NCBI RefSeq assembly: GCF_964204645.1
Contig: NC_134030.1
Span: 13,244,957-13,308,956, forward strand
DNA from: Tubulanus polymorphus
Lineage: Eukaryota; Animalia; Nemertea
Length of the DNA stretch: 64,000 bases
Reading direction: 5' to 3'
This document shows positions 22,996-34,437 of the stretch, in pieces. A program made the translations under genes and the position numbers. Numbering within the stretch: the first letter of the stretch is position 1; the number at the start of each line of letters is the position of its first letter. The notes under the pieces are model-generated. The model was not told where the DNA came from. It worked only from the letters and a program-made list of their open reading frames with translations, and did not search any database.

Positions 22996-25900
22996 TTAAC
23001 ACGTTAGAATTCTTTTCATTATCTCGTTCTCTTTTGTTTCTTCTCTTTTAAATTTTAAGTATTCATCTAAATTGCAACCATAAGCAACTGTATGAATTCC
23101 ATCATCCAGAATATATCTTTTATCATCAAATGGGTTTAGACTTATCTTTTCAATTTCTTCAATCAACATTTCATGATCTTCAGGTCTTAAACATCTCATT
23201 TTATGTTTTCTAACTTCTTCATTGAACATACAATTGATGTAATCTTTGAAATGAATATTCTTTTCTACTACACTTTTGGTTATTCCTTTTAACTTTTTAG
23301 CTTCATGAGTTTTAGTTTTATATGAATACATTTTAGATCTAATACCTATGAACTCTATCATTTCTTCGCCACCTAATTCATCCTTATCTTCCCTGGAACT
23401 TTTTTATTATCATTGCTAAACAATTCATGATCTTTAGGATAGTTACTAAAATCAAAATGATGTTTTAATGTTTTTAAATCATCTGTTATGTTATCAGTTT
23501 TTATCTTTAATATGTAACTGTCAGTATCAAAATATAATATTTCTATATGCTTTTCTCCAAAAAGTGGTTGTAATACATTATAATAGAATTCATACATTAG
23601 TAATTTTGATAATTCTAAAACTGAAGCGCCAACATAGATTGGTTTATTAAATTTCATTGATGTTCTTCTCATTTTAACTGCGGCTAAATTCTCATCAAAT
23701 ATTCTGTTACCAATGAACTTAGGATATGTTTGTAAATGTCTAATTCTTTTACCATTACTAACTAACTCAATATCATTTCTATTTCTAATATTTTCACAAG
23801 TCTTACCATAGAATGCATTATTCATTAACTTGAAGAAATCTTTCTCGAAATCAGTTTTAGCTTTAGTTCTCTGTTTGGTGTTAAAATCTATATATTTTTC
23901 TAACCACTTAGATTGACTAAATGAAATATATCTATGTACTTTTTTTAGGATCATTCCTTGATTCAAATGAAACTTTAACATTCTATAATGTACTACATAA
24001 TTATATTTATCTTCTTGAGTTACCATCAACTTTTCTGTATGAATATGATTTTCGGGTTTAATTCTTTTTTGGTAATTTGATAATTCTTCATGAGTTACAG
24101 TTTTATGTTCTGGACAGTATGCTAGATTTCTAGATTCAAATTTAATATGTTCAGGATATTCTAAATCTACAACAAAGAAGTAACCAGTATCTGAATCATC
24201 TGCAATATCTAGGATTATTTTCTTCCAATCAAATTTATCATTATTTTCATTCTGTAAAACTTCACTTATTTCAAATACTCCATAAGGTTGTGGTTCCATC
24301 ATTGCCCAACCATACAAATTATTTGCATCTATATATAATAAATAACTTATATCCAGGGTTATCATTTACATTGAAATATCTATCACCTAATACACCGGAA
24401 ACTCCTCCTCTTATAGATTTTTCAAATAATAGTAATTGATCTATATTTGTTAACAAATCCATTTTTATATCTGTAAATTTTAATCCACGATCCCATGTTA
24501 AACCTGGACTTGAATAACAATGACATGGATCAATATTGAAATATTTTAGGTTTACATCTCTAAACCTTTCGAATATATCGGTTAATAATAATACATCTGA
24601 TTTTAGATATGAATCTACTAATTGCCCATGATTTTCTATTTTGAAATGATTCCAAATATTCAATGTTCTATTATATACTTCATCTTTAACATATTCATTT
24701 TTTAATTCATCATAGAATTGTTCTTTCAATAATTCAGTTATATTGAAATCATTATGTGATTTATAAAATGAATATGGAATTGCTCCTTTATATCTCATTA
24801 ATTGAAAATCATCATTATTTGGATAATGTTGTTTTAATATTTTTAATTCATCATCAACTAATGATTTTGATAAGTTATCTAATGAACTATTTAAAAATCT
24901 ATATGAATCTATAAATCTTAGGCAACCAAATTGGAATGATATATAATTCTCAGCTGTTTTAGCTAACATTCTAAATTTATAAGTTGGTATTTTATCTTTT
25001 GATCTATTTGAATTTAATCTTTCTATTTCATTATTGATTCCTTCTATTTTATGGCAGAACTGTTTGACGAATAAATGTGCATCATATCCTGATAGATTAT
25101 GAAATATAACTGATACAAAGTTAATTTTCTTAGCTTGTAAGTTACAATTCTCATGTGCAGCGCCTCTAAACTTTCCGTTCAAATGATCATGGTCTCTTAC
25201 TTTTTTATCTCTAAAATTAAATATCTTTTCACAATAATAACATTTATCTGCAAACGCAAATTCTTCTTTATCTTCTTCTGTCATTATAATTTCTATATTT
25301 GTATTCAATAATTTATTAAATCTTATTTCATATTCAATTAATAAGTCACAAAAATGATTGATAACATTTTCATTTCTATAATCATAATATTCACTTTTAA
25401 TTAGTTCTGGATAATCAGATTTTATATATAACCCGAAAGCAGCAGCTGATTGATGAATCTTTTTAATTGTATTTGTTTTTGGTGGTTCATCTGAAAAATC
25501 ATTTTCATTAGAATTTAATTTCTTTCTTTCATAATATATTTCTTTTCTATCTTGATCGGTTAATTCTTTATTTAATGATTCAAAATCTCCATATATTACA
25601 AATGGAACTTTATTTTTGTAATCATATTTTTTGAATTCTAATATTTTATCTTTTTCATTTGGTAAAACTAATTTACAATAATCATGATTTTCACATAATT
25701 GTTTATGATTTAATAATGTACTTTCATTACTGAATCCATATAAACATTTTCTACAAAGATATATTTTATGGTGATCATTTTCTGATTAAAAAATAAATGA
25801 TGATTCTCATAATATAATATATCTATAACATCGTTTGAATCATAATCTTTTGATAGATATAAAGGTTCTAATGTATAATGTTTTATATTGTTACCTTTTG

Positions 25901-27008
25901 TATTTGGCAATTTGATTAAATCAAATACATTTATCTTTATATTATTATCTCTTTCTATTTTTGGGATGTTTTTAATTATAACAGGATACTTATCTATCTT
26001 ATTATTTTCAAATGGTTTATAATTTGTTAATCTATAAGTATGTTTATTATAATCTTCAACTGGGTGTAAGCAACTTATTATAGCCCATAGAAAACATTTA
26101 TCATCTTCATTTTGTACATTTATTACAGCATTAGTTTTAAATGGTAGTTTAATATAACTCGATGCTTCAATATCTGGTTCTTTATAATATGATACATTAT
26201 TTTCATCAATTGGTTTTGATTTAGTTAACTTATTATATTTTGTGTTATAAACATGTAAAGTCATAAATATTATTTCATCAAATATTAAACCAGATCCTTC
26301 AAAATATTTCTCTTCTATTTTAGTTTTTACTTCATTATAACATTTATCTAATTTATCATCTATATGTTGTTTTGAAATAATATGCTGTGAATAAGAATTT
26401 ATATTATATATTGGTTTATCTTCTGATTTTATGAATTTAACTTTAGAAGATATACTTATTTTAGGATATTCAACATCAGTTATTATTTTTATTATTTCTT
26501 TCGTATTTTCTAAATGTTTTTTATTTTCTTCTAATGTTTTTCCTTTATGAAATTTAAACTCGATAGCTGCTGGGCCAATATCACTTTTAAATGCTTCGGT
26601 TATCTCTATATCTTTTTTATTATCTAATGAATTAATATAATTTCTTACCTCTTCCATGTATGGTCTTTTATTGTTTAATTTATTTTCTATGCTTTTAATT
26701 GTCTTCTTATCATTATCTTTATCAAAATAATCTTCACCTAAAATATCATTATTCTTATTTCTAATATGACTTTTAGATTTTAAATGTTCATTATAATATC
26801 TTTTATCACTGAATGATTGATTACATGTATCACATTTGTATGTTTCTTTTTCATTCTTTAATTCATCTAATTTAGTTTCTAATATATCATCTTTATATTC
26901 TAATTTTAATTTATTCTCTAAATGTGTTTTAGTTTTATTGTGTCTTGCTTTTTTGGATTTATCTATATTGATATTACATGTTGGGCAGTAGTACTTATTT
27001 GCTTCCAT
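22996..27008 (-). pseudogene. polB: Protein-primed family B DNA polymerase with N-terminal zinc fingers and endonuclease VII-like insert; several frameshifts
   Basis: ExoI IYGDFES (about 25590), CYYC..RDHDH..AHENCN, ExoII FHNLSGYD, ExoIII YLKSDV, motif A DANNLYG, motif B KLMNNAFYGK, motif C YFDTDS. Confidence 0.95.
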
Positions 27009-27447
27009 TTTAATACTACATTTTTTATTAAAATTGATTTTAGAAGTTCAATGATTTATATCATGCATTATTGCAATCACACTTTACTAACACTTTTAAT
27101 GTTTAAAAATCTAACTCACACAAATATGAATATTGAAATAATGTTGTAAATATATCTATATATCTATTCTATAAGAGCTTACACTTTTATATTGAATAAT
27201 CTGTCAATTTAAATGTTATTCATTTATATTTTATTCATGTATATGTGAATATTTTAAGAGTAATAGGGATAATAGGCTTTCAGGTTAAAGGTTGAAGGGG
27301 CGAATGAGTTAAAAATGAAAATAACAATAATTTACAGTTGAATTAGGAGTGTGCGCGACTAATTCAACGGTTGATTATTGTTATTTTCATTTTTTTACGA
27401 GCTCGACCGTTCGACCTTTGATCTGAAAGCCTATTATCCCTATTACT
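26739..27447 (-). repeat. Right TIR (terminal hairpin 27259-27447)
   Basis: AGTAATAGGGATAATAGGCTTTCAG at 27259 and its complement ending at 27447. Confidence 0.9.
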
Positions 27448-27521
27448 TACAGCGAGACTTGTTTGACGTGTTGTTGAGATTCAGAAGATATCCGATAGCT
27501 ATTGTGAGTGACATCGCAGAG
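27448..27521 (+). mobile_element. Bel/Pao pol fragment, continuation after the Maverick
   Basis: [25 protein letters not shown] continues GPKLQ in frame once the element and one TSD are removed. Confidence 0.9.
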
Positions 27522-27830
27522 AACGCAGTCTCAAATGTTTTGTTACTTTCTCAAAATGTATCAAAAATTTAACTAATTTCTAGTTCATAAGTCCTCAAGT
27601 ATTCATTAATGAACAGTTAAAACATGTCGACTCTGCCGTAAAATCAAGCTATTAACGACCCCGTTTGTGGGATAATGTCGGGCTTTAGAGAACATAATGC
27701 CCCCGAGGTCTTCACATTTACAGATAAGATTACGTAAGCGTTTTGCGCGCAACACGCGGTAGGCACACAATAGAAATCTGAGCCGCGCGTTCTTTGATCA
27801 TCACCTATTAAGAGGACCACTATTGTGAAA

Positions 27831-28090
27831 ATTGACTGCGGGAGGAATATTCCTCCCGAAGTCAAACGATGAAAACTTGACCAATGGGTCCGATATTCAA
27901 ACAATTGACTTTGGGAGGAATATTCCTCCCAAGGTCAAGCGAAGAGAATTTGACCTTCAGGTCTTATATTTAGAATATTGACTTTGGGAGGAATATTCCT
28001 CCGACTGTCAAAAGAAGGAAAATTGACCTTCAGGTTTGATATTCAAAATATTGACTTTGGAAGAAATATTCCTCCAAATCTCTAAACGCT
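27831..28090. repeat. 73-bp minisatellite, about 3.5 units, palindromic core GGGAGGAATATTCCTCCC
   Basis: Units start at 27831, 27904, 27977 and 28050. Confidence 0.85.
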
Positions 28091-28164
28091 AAAAACCTGA
28101 CCGTTTAAAATGATAGGTATTGATGATTTAGGTGATTTGTTTTCAGAAAACAGTACCTAATATA

Positions 28165-28389
28165 ACGAGAGAAATCCCACAATAACGAAGCCAAGATTGA
28201 AAAATTCAATATCAGAATGATTATATTTGAGGAGCGACGTTTCGGCTAACAACTGTTAGCCATCATCAGGCGTACATATTTGAGTGCGCCTGATGATGGC
28301 TAACAGTTGTTAGCCGAAACGTCGCTCCTCAAATCCGTGGGATTTCTCTCGTTATCAACATACACGGGTATTGTGTATCTTCTCGTCTA
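28165..28389. mobile_element. Short Penelope-like insertion (inverted pLTR remnant) with 13-bp TSD
   Basis: AGTACCTAATATA at 28152 and 28390; internal inverted repeats carrying hammerhead cores. Confidence 0.7.
28290..28323 (+). ncRNA. Minimal type I hammerhead ribozyme core (mirror copy on - strand at 28236-28269)
   Basis: CTGATGA-tGGCTAAC-agtt-GTTAGCC-GAAAC-GTC. Confidence 0.7.
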
Positions 28390-30317
28390 AGTACCTAATA
28401 TAGCGACAACACAGATACATTTAGGCATTTCAAGTGATATGCACAGGGTATGAGACGTAGTTCTGAAAGTGACTCATTTTGCTTTGTTTAAAAATTGTTT
28501 AGTACCGTTTTAAATGAATGGGTTTGCATTTGAGCGTGGAATAGATCTCAACTTAAACTTCAGCGAGCTCTCTTTTTTGACTCGGGTCTGATCTGTCCCA
28601 ATCGGGCTTAGGCCAAATTGTCTTCGTGTGATCACGGCTTCCGTGGGTCATGAGTGACGAGTTTTTTAATTAGCCATTGTCCTAGGCCGTTTATAGGTGT
28701 TTGAATTTCTGTCATTAAAATTCGACCGTTATCAAATAGCATATTTGATTAGCCATGGGATTGTAAAACAAATACACGCCCATGTGTCCATCCATCTACA
28801 GCTACATTTTCTAACTAGGAAAATACTGGATTAGAATCATGGGAAACATCGCTTTGAATGTTCTTTAAAGACTGGACACTCGAATTATTTTCGGGTGATT
28901 TCTTTTAGGTGATTTTTATTTTGCACTAGCCGAGTTTATCAAGGAGCTTGAACTCCTTGAACTCCTCGATGAAGTGTTTAAAAGGTGGATCTCCCCCTAT
29001 TATGATCTCACCATATGAATTGCCCATGAAACTATTGTGTATAAACACCTCTCACAACGAACCTGGTAATTGAGTGATGTCCTTTTGCATAGGGTATATT
29101 ACACCATGATAAAAAGCCAATTTCTCGGTAATGCAGGAGGGTCGGGAGCTTTAGGCACTTTTTTGGCATTTTTCTGTTTATCCTGTTTACTATATTGATT
29201 TCAAAATTAAAGAAAAATCAACGTTATATGAGATGTCTGTTTCATTACTCGTGATATTGGGGAAATTCAACAGGCAATGAATGTGCGGTAAAGTTTGACA
29301 ATTTAAAAATTAATACAAAATAAGTCTTGACCGCATAAAAAAGTTCTATATCAATAAACGGTAGTAAGTGATTATCCCCAAAACAATTCAGTGCAAAACA
29401 ATTCATTGCGCTTTTGAATATAGCTTAGTAGACCTACAGTTCATATGCTATTGCTATTAAACTATTGTAATTTCGATGAAAAAGACTATAGACTATGAAA
29501 AAGTACTTAATGAATAATTCTCTGTAGATTTATTGATCCATGGTTTGATGTCAAGAAGATTAAAAATGACAATATTGTTGTTTATATTCATTTGCGATAT
29601 TGTGTATACATGCAGTTCACAGGCTGACAATAATAGGCCATGCGATTCTATCGGTTTAGTCTTTGTATAGTTCGTAAGAGCTATAGAACGTCATTCATTA
29701 AGTCATGAGTAAATACTGGTAAATTAAACAGAATGTTTCATTGCGGAATGTACACGCATAGACAAACAGGTTTATGAGGCACCCGCAAATTAAAGTGAAT
29801 AGTTTCTATAAAGAAATATAGTTAAAAGTAATAAAAAAATATCTTCGTACTCATGTACTATTCGTGAAAAATAGTATTGTAAAATGTTGTTATAAGATAA
29901 ATTTCGGTCCTTCAACTTATTCGACATTGTCTTTGTGATGAATTATCCTCCACAACACACATGTATCAAACCGTATGAATCGATTTCCTCTTTTCATAGA
30001 AATTCAACTGAGATCCGATGACTCCATTGTTTACAAAGATGATTTACAAAGATGAGTAAAATAAATCTGTACTCGGAAATTGATATTTTATTTCACAGAC
30101 TGTATTGCATACTTATTTGACTAATTATAATGGTTTTGGCAATTATAATTCACACGAGCTAATGATACTAATCATTTCAAAACTGTCCATTGGTTCTAAC
30201 TATTGACGAACATAGAGGACTGGATTCGCGTCACCGACTTCGCCTTCTACATTAGTCGATTCCGGTAAAACGTCGATAACATCAATTCGTTTGAGATGAG
30301 ATAGATGCCATACAGCT

Positions 30318-32686
30318 CGGTTCCTGAACTTCGCTGAAAAGCTGAAACACTGAAAAGCTGAAACGCTGAAATAAAAACGCTGAAATTTCAGGGAATTTCC
30401 GAAAAACGCCGAAATTTCAGGGAATTCCCGAAAAACGCTGAAATCGTGCTAGGTACCGACAATACACGTTTTGAAATGTTTTCCGGGCCGTCGTCCGCTG
30501 ACGAGTCCTGAACCGTGTTTTATGCTCTACCTTCGGTTACAGAGACATGCCTTAAGGTCGTCGTCATGATCGACTTGATCGATTGCGGATTGCGTGGATT
30601 GTTAGATGTGTTTTTTGCCATAGTTTTATGTGCATATACCGGTACGATCTAACAATGAAGTTATCACTTCATTTGAATAAATTCTTAATCACAGTAATAT
30701 TAATTCACAATATTTTTTCTTATGTTTCGTGATTTCTTGCAACTTATCATTGCCAAGTCTCATACAAGTAGTAGCTGAATGAAAGTACAGTTAGGCTGAA
30801 CCTGATAACCCAAATTAAGTGCTAGCATGGAACTAATGATTATTTTGATTCTATTTTCGGTTTCATTGAAATTCGTTAATAAAGGTTCAACCGTCATAGT
30901 ATACTGTACTTAGCATTGCTACAATTGGGTGACATATTTCTACAATTTCTACAAGGAGGAAGGAATCTTTAAGTGTCTTTGTTCCCGGGTGGGGTACGGG
31001 GTAAAACCTGGTTTACTTTCGACTTGCCGGAGACTACTATCTGCAATGTATTGCATGCTTTGATGTGTCTGGCCTATAGGAGTCGACCGATATTTTTTTC
31101 CCATACACAGGCATGGCTTTAGTGTAGATGAAGGCTAGGCACTGCACATTGTGGATTGACTGGAACTCTTAACTCACAAAATTAAACGAGTCAACAAGAA
31201 AGATCCAATAATTGGACATTTGTCTAACTATATTATTTAACAGCTTGAAATAATACATAACACATTCTGCAAGAGTATACAAAGGAAATCAGTTCTTACA
31301 TTATATCAGAATCAATAGTTCGCTTAACTCTGGCTAGAATTCTGGTTCCATTGCTTCATATTCTAATGAAATCCACTAGTATACCTTAGAATATCGCTTA
31401 GCTTAAGACTAAAAATTTGGTACCAGGAAACAGGGAAGAAAAGTGGGTGTACTGTACATCCGCAATTGACTTAATTCTCTCTGGTTGAATCAAGTTATTA
31501 TTGAAATAGCATTCGAATAGCCATTTTATTTTTAAAAATTGTGTCGTTCAGCTATCCTGCTGCAAATTTCGCAGTTGAAGTTTACTGGTGCCATCTGATT
31601 TCTCAGTATCTCGAAAAATTTGCACATTCTAAGCCTGAATCTAAAAATAGAAAAAGGTGCATTTTAGTCGGATATAAAAGAATAGTGGCTAATACACCCT
31701 GGACTATATAGCCTATGGGGTGGGCCTAGTTTGAAAGCACTGAGGTCCGAGAGAACAGCACTTAGTAAATAAATACTGAAATTAAACTTACAAAACACCC
31801 AGTACTTGAGATGATGTACTTGACAAGAAGTGTCACCAGCTAAGCAAATCAACTTTGTCTATGACTCCTCCTTTTATAGATTCAGTAGTAGTCTAAAAAT
31901 AAGAATGGGTTCATTTTTCTAACAGTTGGTATGTCATTTCTTCAAAAAAACTAATTATTATCACGCCACAGCAAATAAATTATTCACAGTTGTTGAATGG
32001 TTAGCCCGATTTAGATTAATTGGTTGACGCTAATCAGTATGACCCATACGTAGGGGCCTACTGCATGCCATTGACGTCAATCCATTCCATTCCATTCCAC
32101 AGTGAATTAAAAAGAAATTTAGTTAGATCCCTTTTGTCCAAAAGCTGCATCATTTATATAACTAGCTGTCAAATTTAATTTACCTCCTTCAGAGAATACC
32201 ATAGTGACATAGTCCGTCGCCCATCAACGTGTTGACAAAAGAAAAGTTGCTCCATGTTTTATACATGAACGTTCAAATAAGATATTTTGCGTCTTGCAGG
32301 GAATATTGAGCATAGTGTTTAAGTTGGCTTGCACGGTTTGTGTATGGGTTTTCCTCATTATGCTGCCTGTATGCATTAAAAATCCGGATTTCAAGCGAAT
32401 TAATTTGTCCAACAAGTGGCCCTCTAGAAGTATACTCCACACATACTGTCCATGCGTGTCTCTGTAACCGAAGGTAGAGACTAAAACACGGTTCAGGACT
32501 CGGCAGCGGACACCGACCCGGAAATATTTCAAAACGTGTATTGTTGGTACCTAGCACGATTTCAGCGTTTTTCGGGAATTCCCTGAAATTTCGGCGTTTT
32601 TCGGAAATTCCCTGAAATTTCAGCGTTTTTATTTCAGCGTTTCAGCGTTTCAGTGATTCAGCTTTTTCAGCGAAGTTCAGGAACCG
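30318..32686. mobile_element. Non-autonomous DNA transposon with about 230-bp TIRs rich in GCTGAAA repeats
   Basis: CGGTTCCTGAACTTCGCTGAAAA... at 30318 is the reverse complement of 32455-32686; no TSD found; right end cuts the HNH gene. Confidence 0.8.
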
Positions 32687-32690
32687 TATA

Positions 32691-33188
32691 TTATCCATGA
32701 TTTAAAAATTTATCTGAACAATCCAATAAATGTGCTAGTGTAACTGAGTGGTTTTCCTTACTGAATAATTTTGATACTTTAGATCTTAAACATTTTTTCA
32801 ATTTGTAATTAAAATCTGTTTGATATCTTTCTTTCTTATAATTATTTTGATACGCTTTATAATATTCTCTATTATTATCCCTCCATTCTCTCATATATTC
32901 TGTTATATAATCTGAGTGATTTTCTCTCCATTGTTTATTTCTAACTTTGAATTTTTCAATATTATCCATATAATATTTTGTTGAATAATTTGGATTATTT
33001 TCAAGAAATTTGTTATTGTATAGTTTAATACAGCTTTTGCAATATGTTTGTTTGCCATCTTTTTTAGTTTTATTTTTTTGAAATTCTGTTAATGATTTAT
33101 TCAATTCACACTTATTACATTTCTTATAGCATATATTTATTACACCATTATTGTTTATATTTATAGCTTGTGATTGTTCCGGCTCCAT
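32691..33188 (-). pseudogene. HNH-type nuclease, C-terminal catalytic part lost
   Basis: Homologous to 10863..11665 up to LLDCSDKF. Confidence 0.8.
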
Positions 33189-33206
33189 TTACAATACATA
33201 TTTTTA

Positions 33207-33999
33207 TTAAAATTGATTTCCATATTTGGAGTTATGATATTTTGATTTAAGATGGTGTGATTTATTGCCTCGAGTATAATATTTTCCACAATTACATAAA
33301 ACGCTTTCATTAGGATTATATTTAGGCGCAACAATTTCATCATCTAAATTACATTGAATTCCAATATCTTTATAAGAATTATTATTATCTAATTCACATT
33401 GAATACCAATATTTGATGAATTTCATTATAGATAATTGGTTTATCATCAAAATTTAAATAATATAATTGTCTTTTTTCAATTCTTAAGTTAATAAAATTA
33501 TTGTAACCTCTAGAAAGTATTAAATCATCATTTCTTTATTTCAAGTTCCTTTATGATTTAAAACTGTATTAAATATGTTAGGGTTTTTGATTCCATTATC
33601 TATCAGTTCAATAATTAAATATGCTTCATTTGATAATATTTGATTGATTATAGAAATATTATCAATTTGATATTGTCTTCCATTCACTAAATTTGTTGCT
33701 GAGATATAATTTTCAATGTTAAATAATGAAAATAAGTTATCATTATTCTTATTTCTAATATGACTTTTAGATTTTAAATGTTCATTATAATATCTTTTAT
33801 CACTGAATGATTGATTACATATATCACATTTGTATGTTTCTTTTCCATTCTTTAATTCATCTAATTTAGTTAATATATCATCTTCATATTCTAATTTCAA
33901 TTTATTCTCTAAATGTGTTTTAGTTTTATTGTGTCTTGCTTTTTGGGATTTATCTATATTGATATTACATGTTGGACAGTAGTACTTATTTGCTTCCAT
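33207..33999 (-). pseudogene. TIR zinc-finger module fused to a distinct C-terminal region ending in another finger (frameshift near 33540)
   Basis: ORF 33541..33999, then in another frame ..VLCNCGKYYTRGNKSHHLKSKYH..QF stop. Confidence 0.65.
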
Positions 34000-34437
34000 T
34001 TTAATATCAAATTTTTTATTAAAATTGATTTTAGAAGTTCAATGATTTATATCATGTATTATTTCAATCACACTTTACTAACACTTTCAATGTTTAATAA
34101 TCTAACTCACACAAATATGAATATTGAAATAATGTTTAAAATATATCTATATATCTATTCTATAAGAGCTTACACTTTTATATTGAATAATCTGTCAATT
34201 TAAATGTTATTCATTTATACTTTATTCATGTATATGTGAATATCTTAAGAGTAATAGGGATAATAGGCTTTCAGGTTAAAGGTTGAAGGGGCGAGTGAGT
34301 AAAAAATGAAAATAATAATAATTTACAGTTGAATTAGGAGTGTGCGCGACTAATTCAACTGTAAATTATTGTTATTTTCATTTTTTATGAGCTCGACCGT
34401 TCGACCTTTGATCTGAAAGCCTATTATCCCTATTACT

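Larger units (their letters stand above)
9898..27447. mobile_element. Complete Maverick/Polinton-like endogenous virus B, 17550 bp, 6-bp TSD TACAGC
   Basis: Ends AGTAATAGGG...CCCTATTACT; TACAGC at 9892-9897 and 27448-27453; long TIRs; pPolB, integrase, ATPase and capsid-like genes. Confidence 0.95.
32687..34437 (-). mobile_element. Maverick fragment C: intact terminus (hairpin 34250-34437), zinc-finger gene, truncated HNH gene
   Basis: Terminus nearly identical to 27000-27447; ORFs homologous to 10508 and 10863. Confidence 0.9.

Noticed and set aside
22996-27008. Programmed frameshifting or a split multi-gene polymerase
   Set aside because: Breaks are numerous and similar lesions occur across the element; decay or sequencing error is simpler
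9898-27447. Bacterial prophage or contaminant
   Set aside because: It has a TSD inside a eukaryotic retrotransposon, an rve integrase, and no Shine-Dalgarno pattern
27831-28090. CRISPR-like array
   Set aside because: The spacer-like parts resemble each other, there are no cas genes, and the context is eukaryotic; it is a minisatellite
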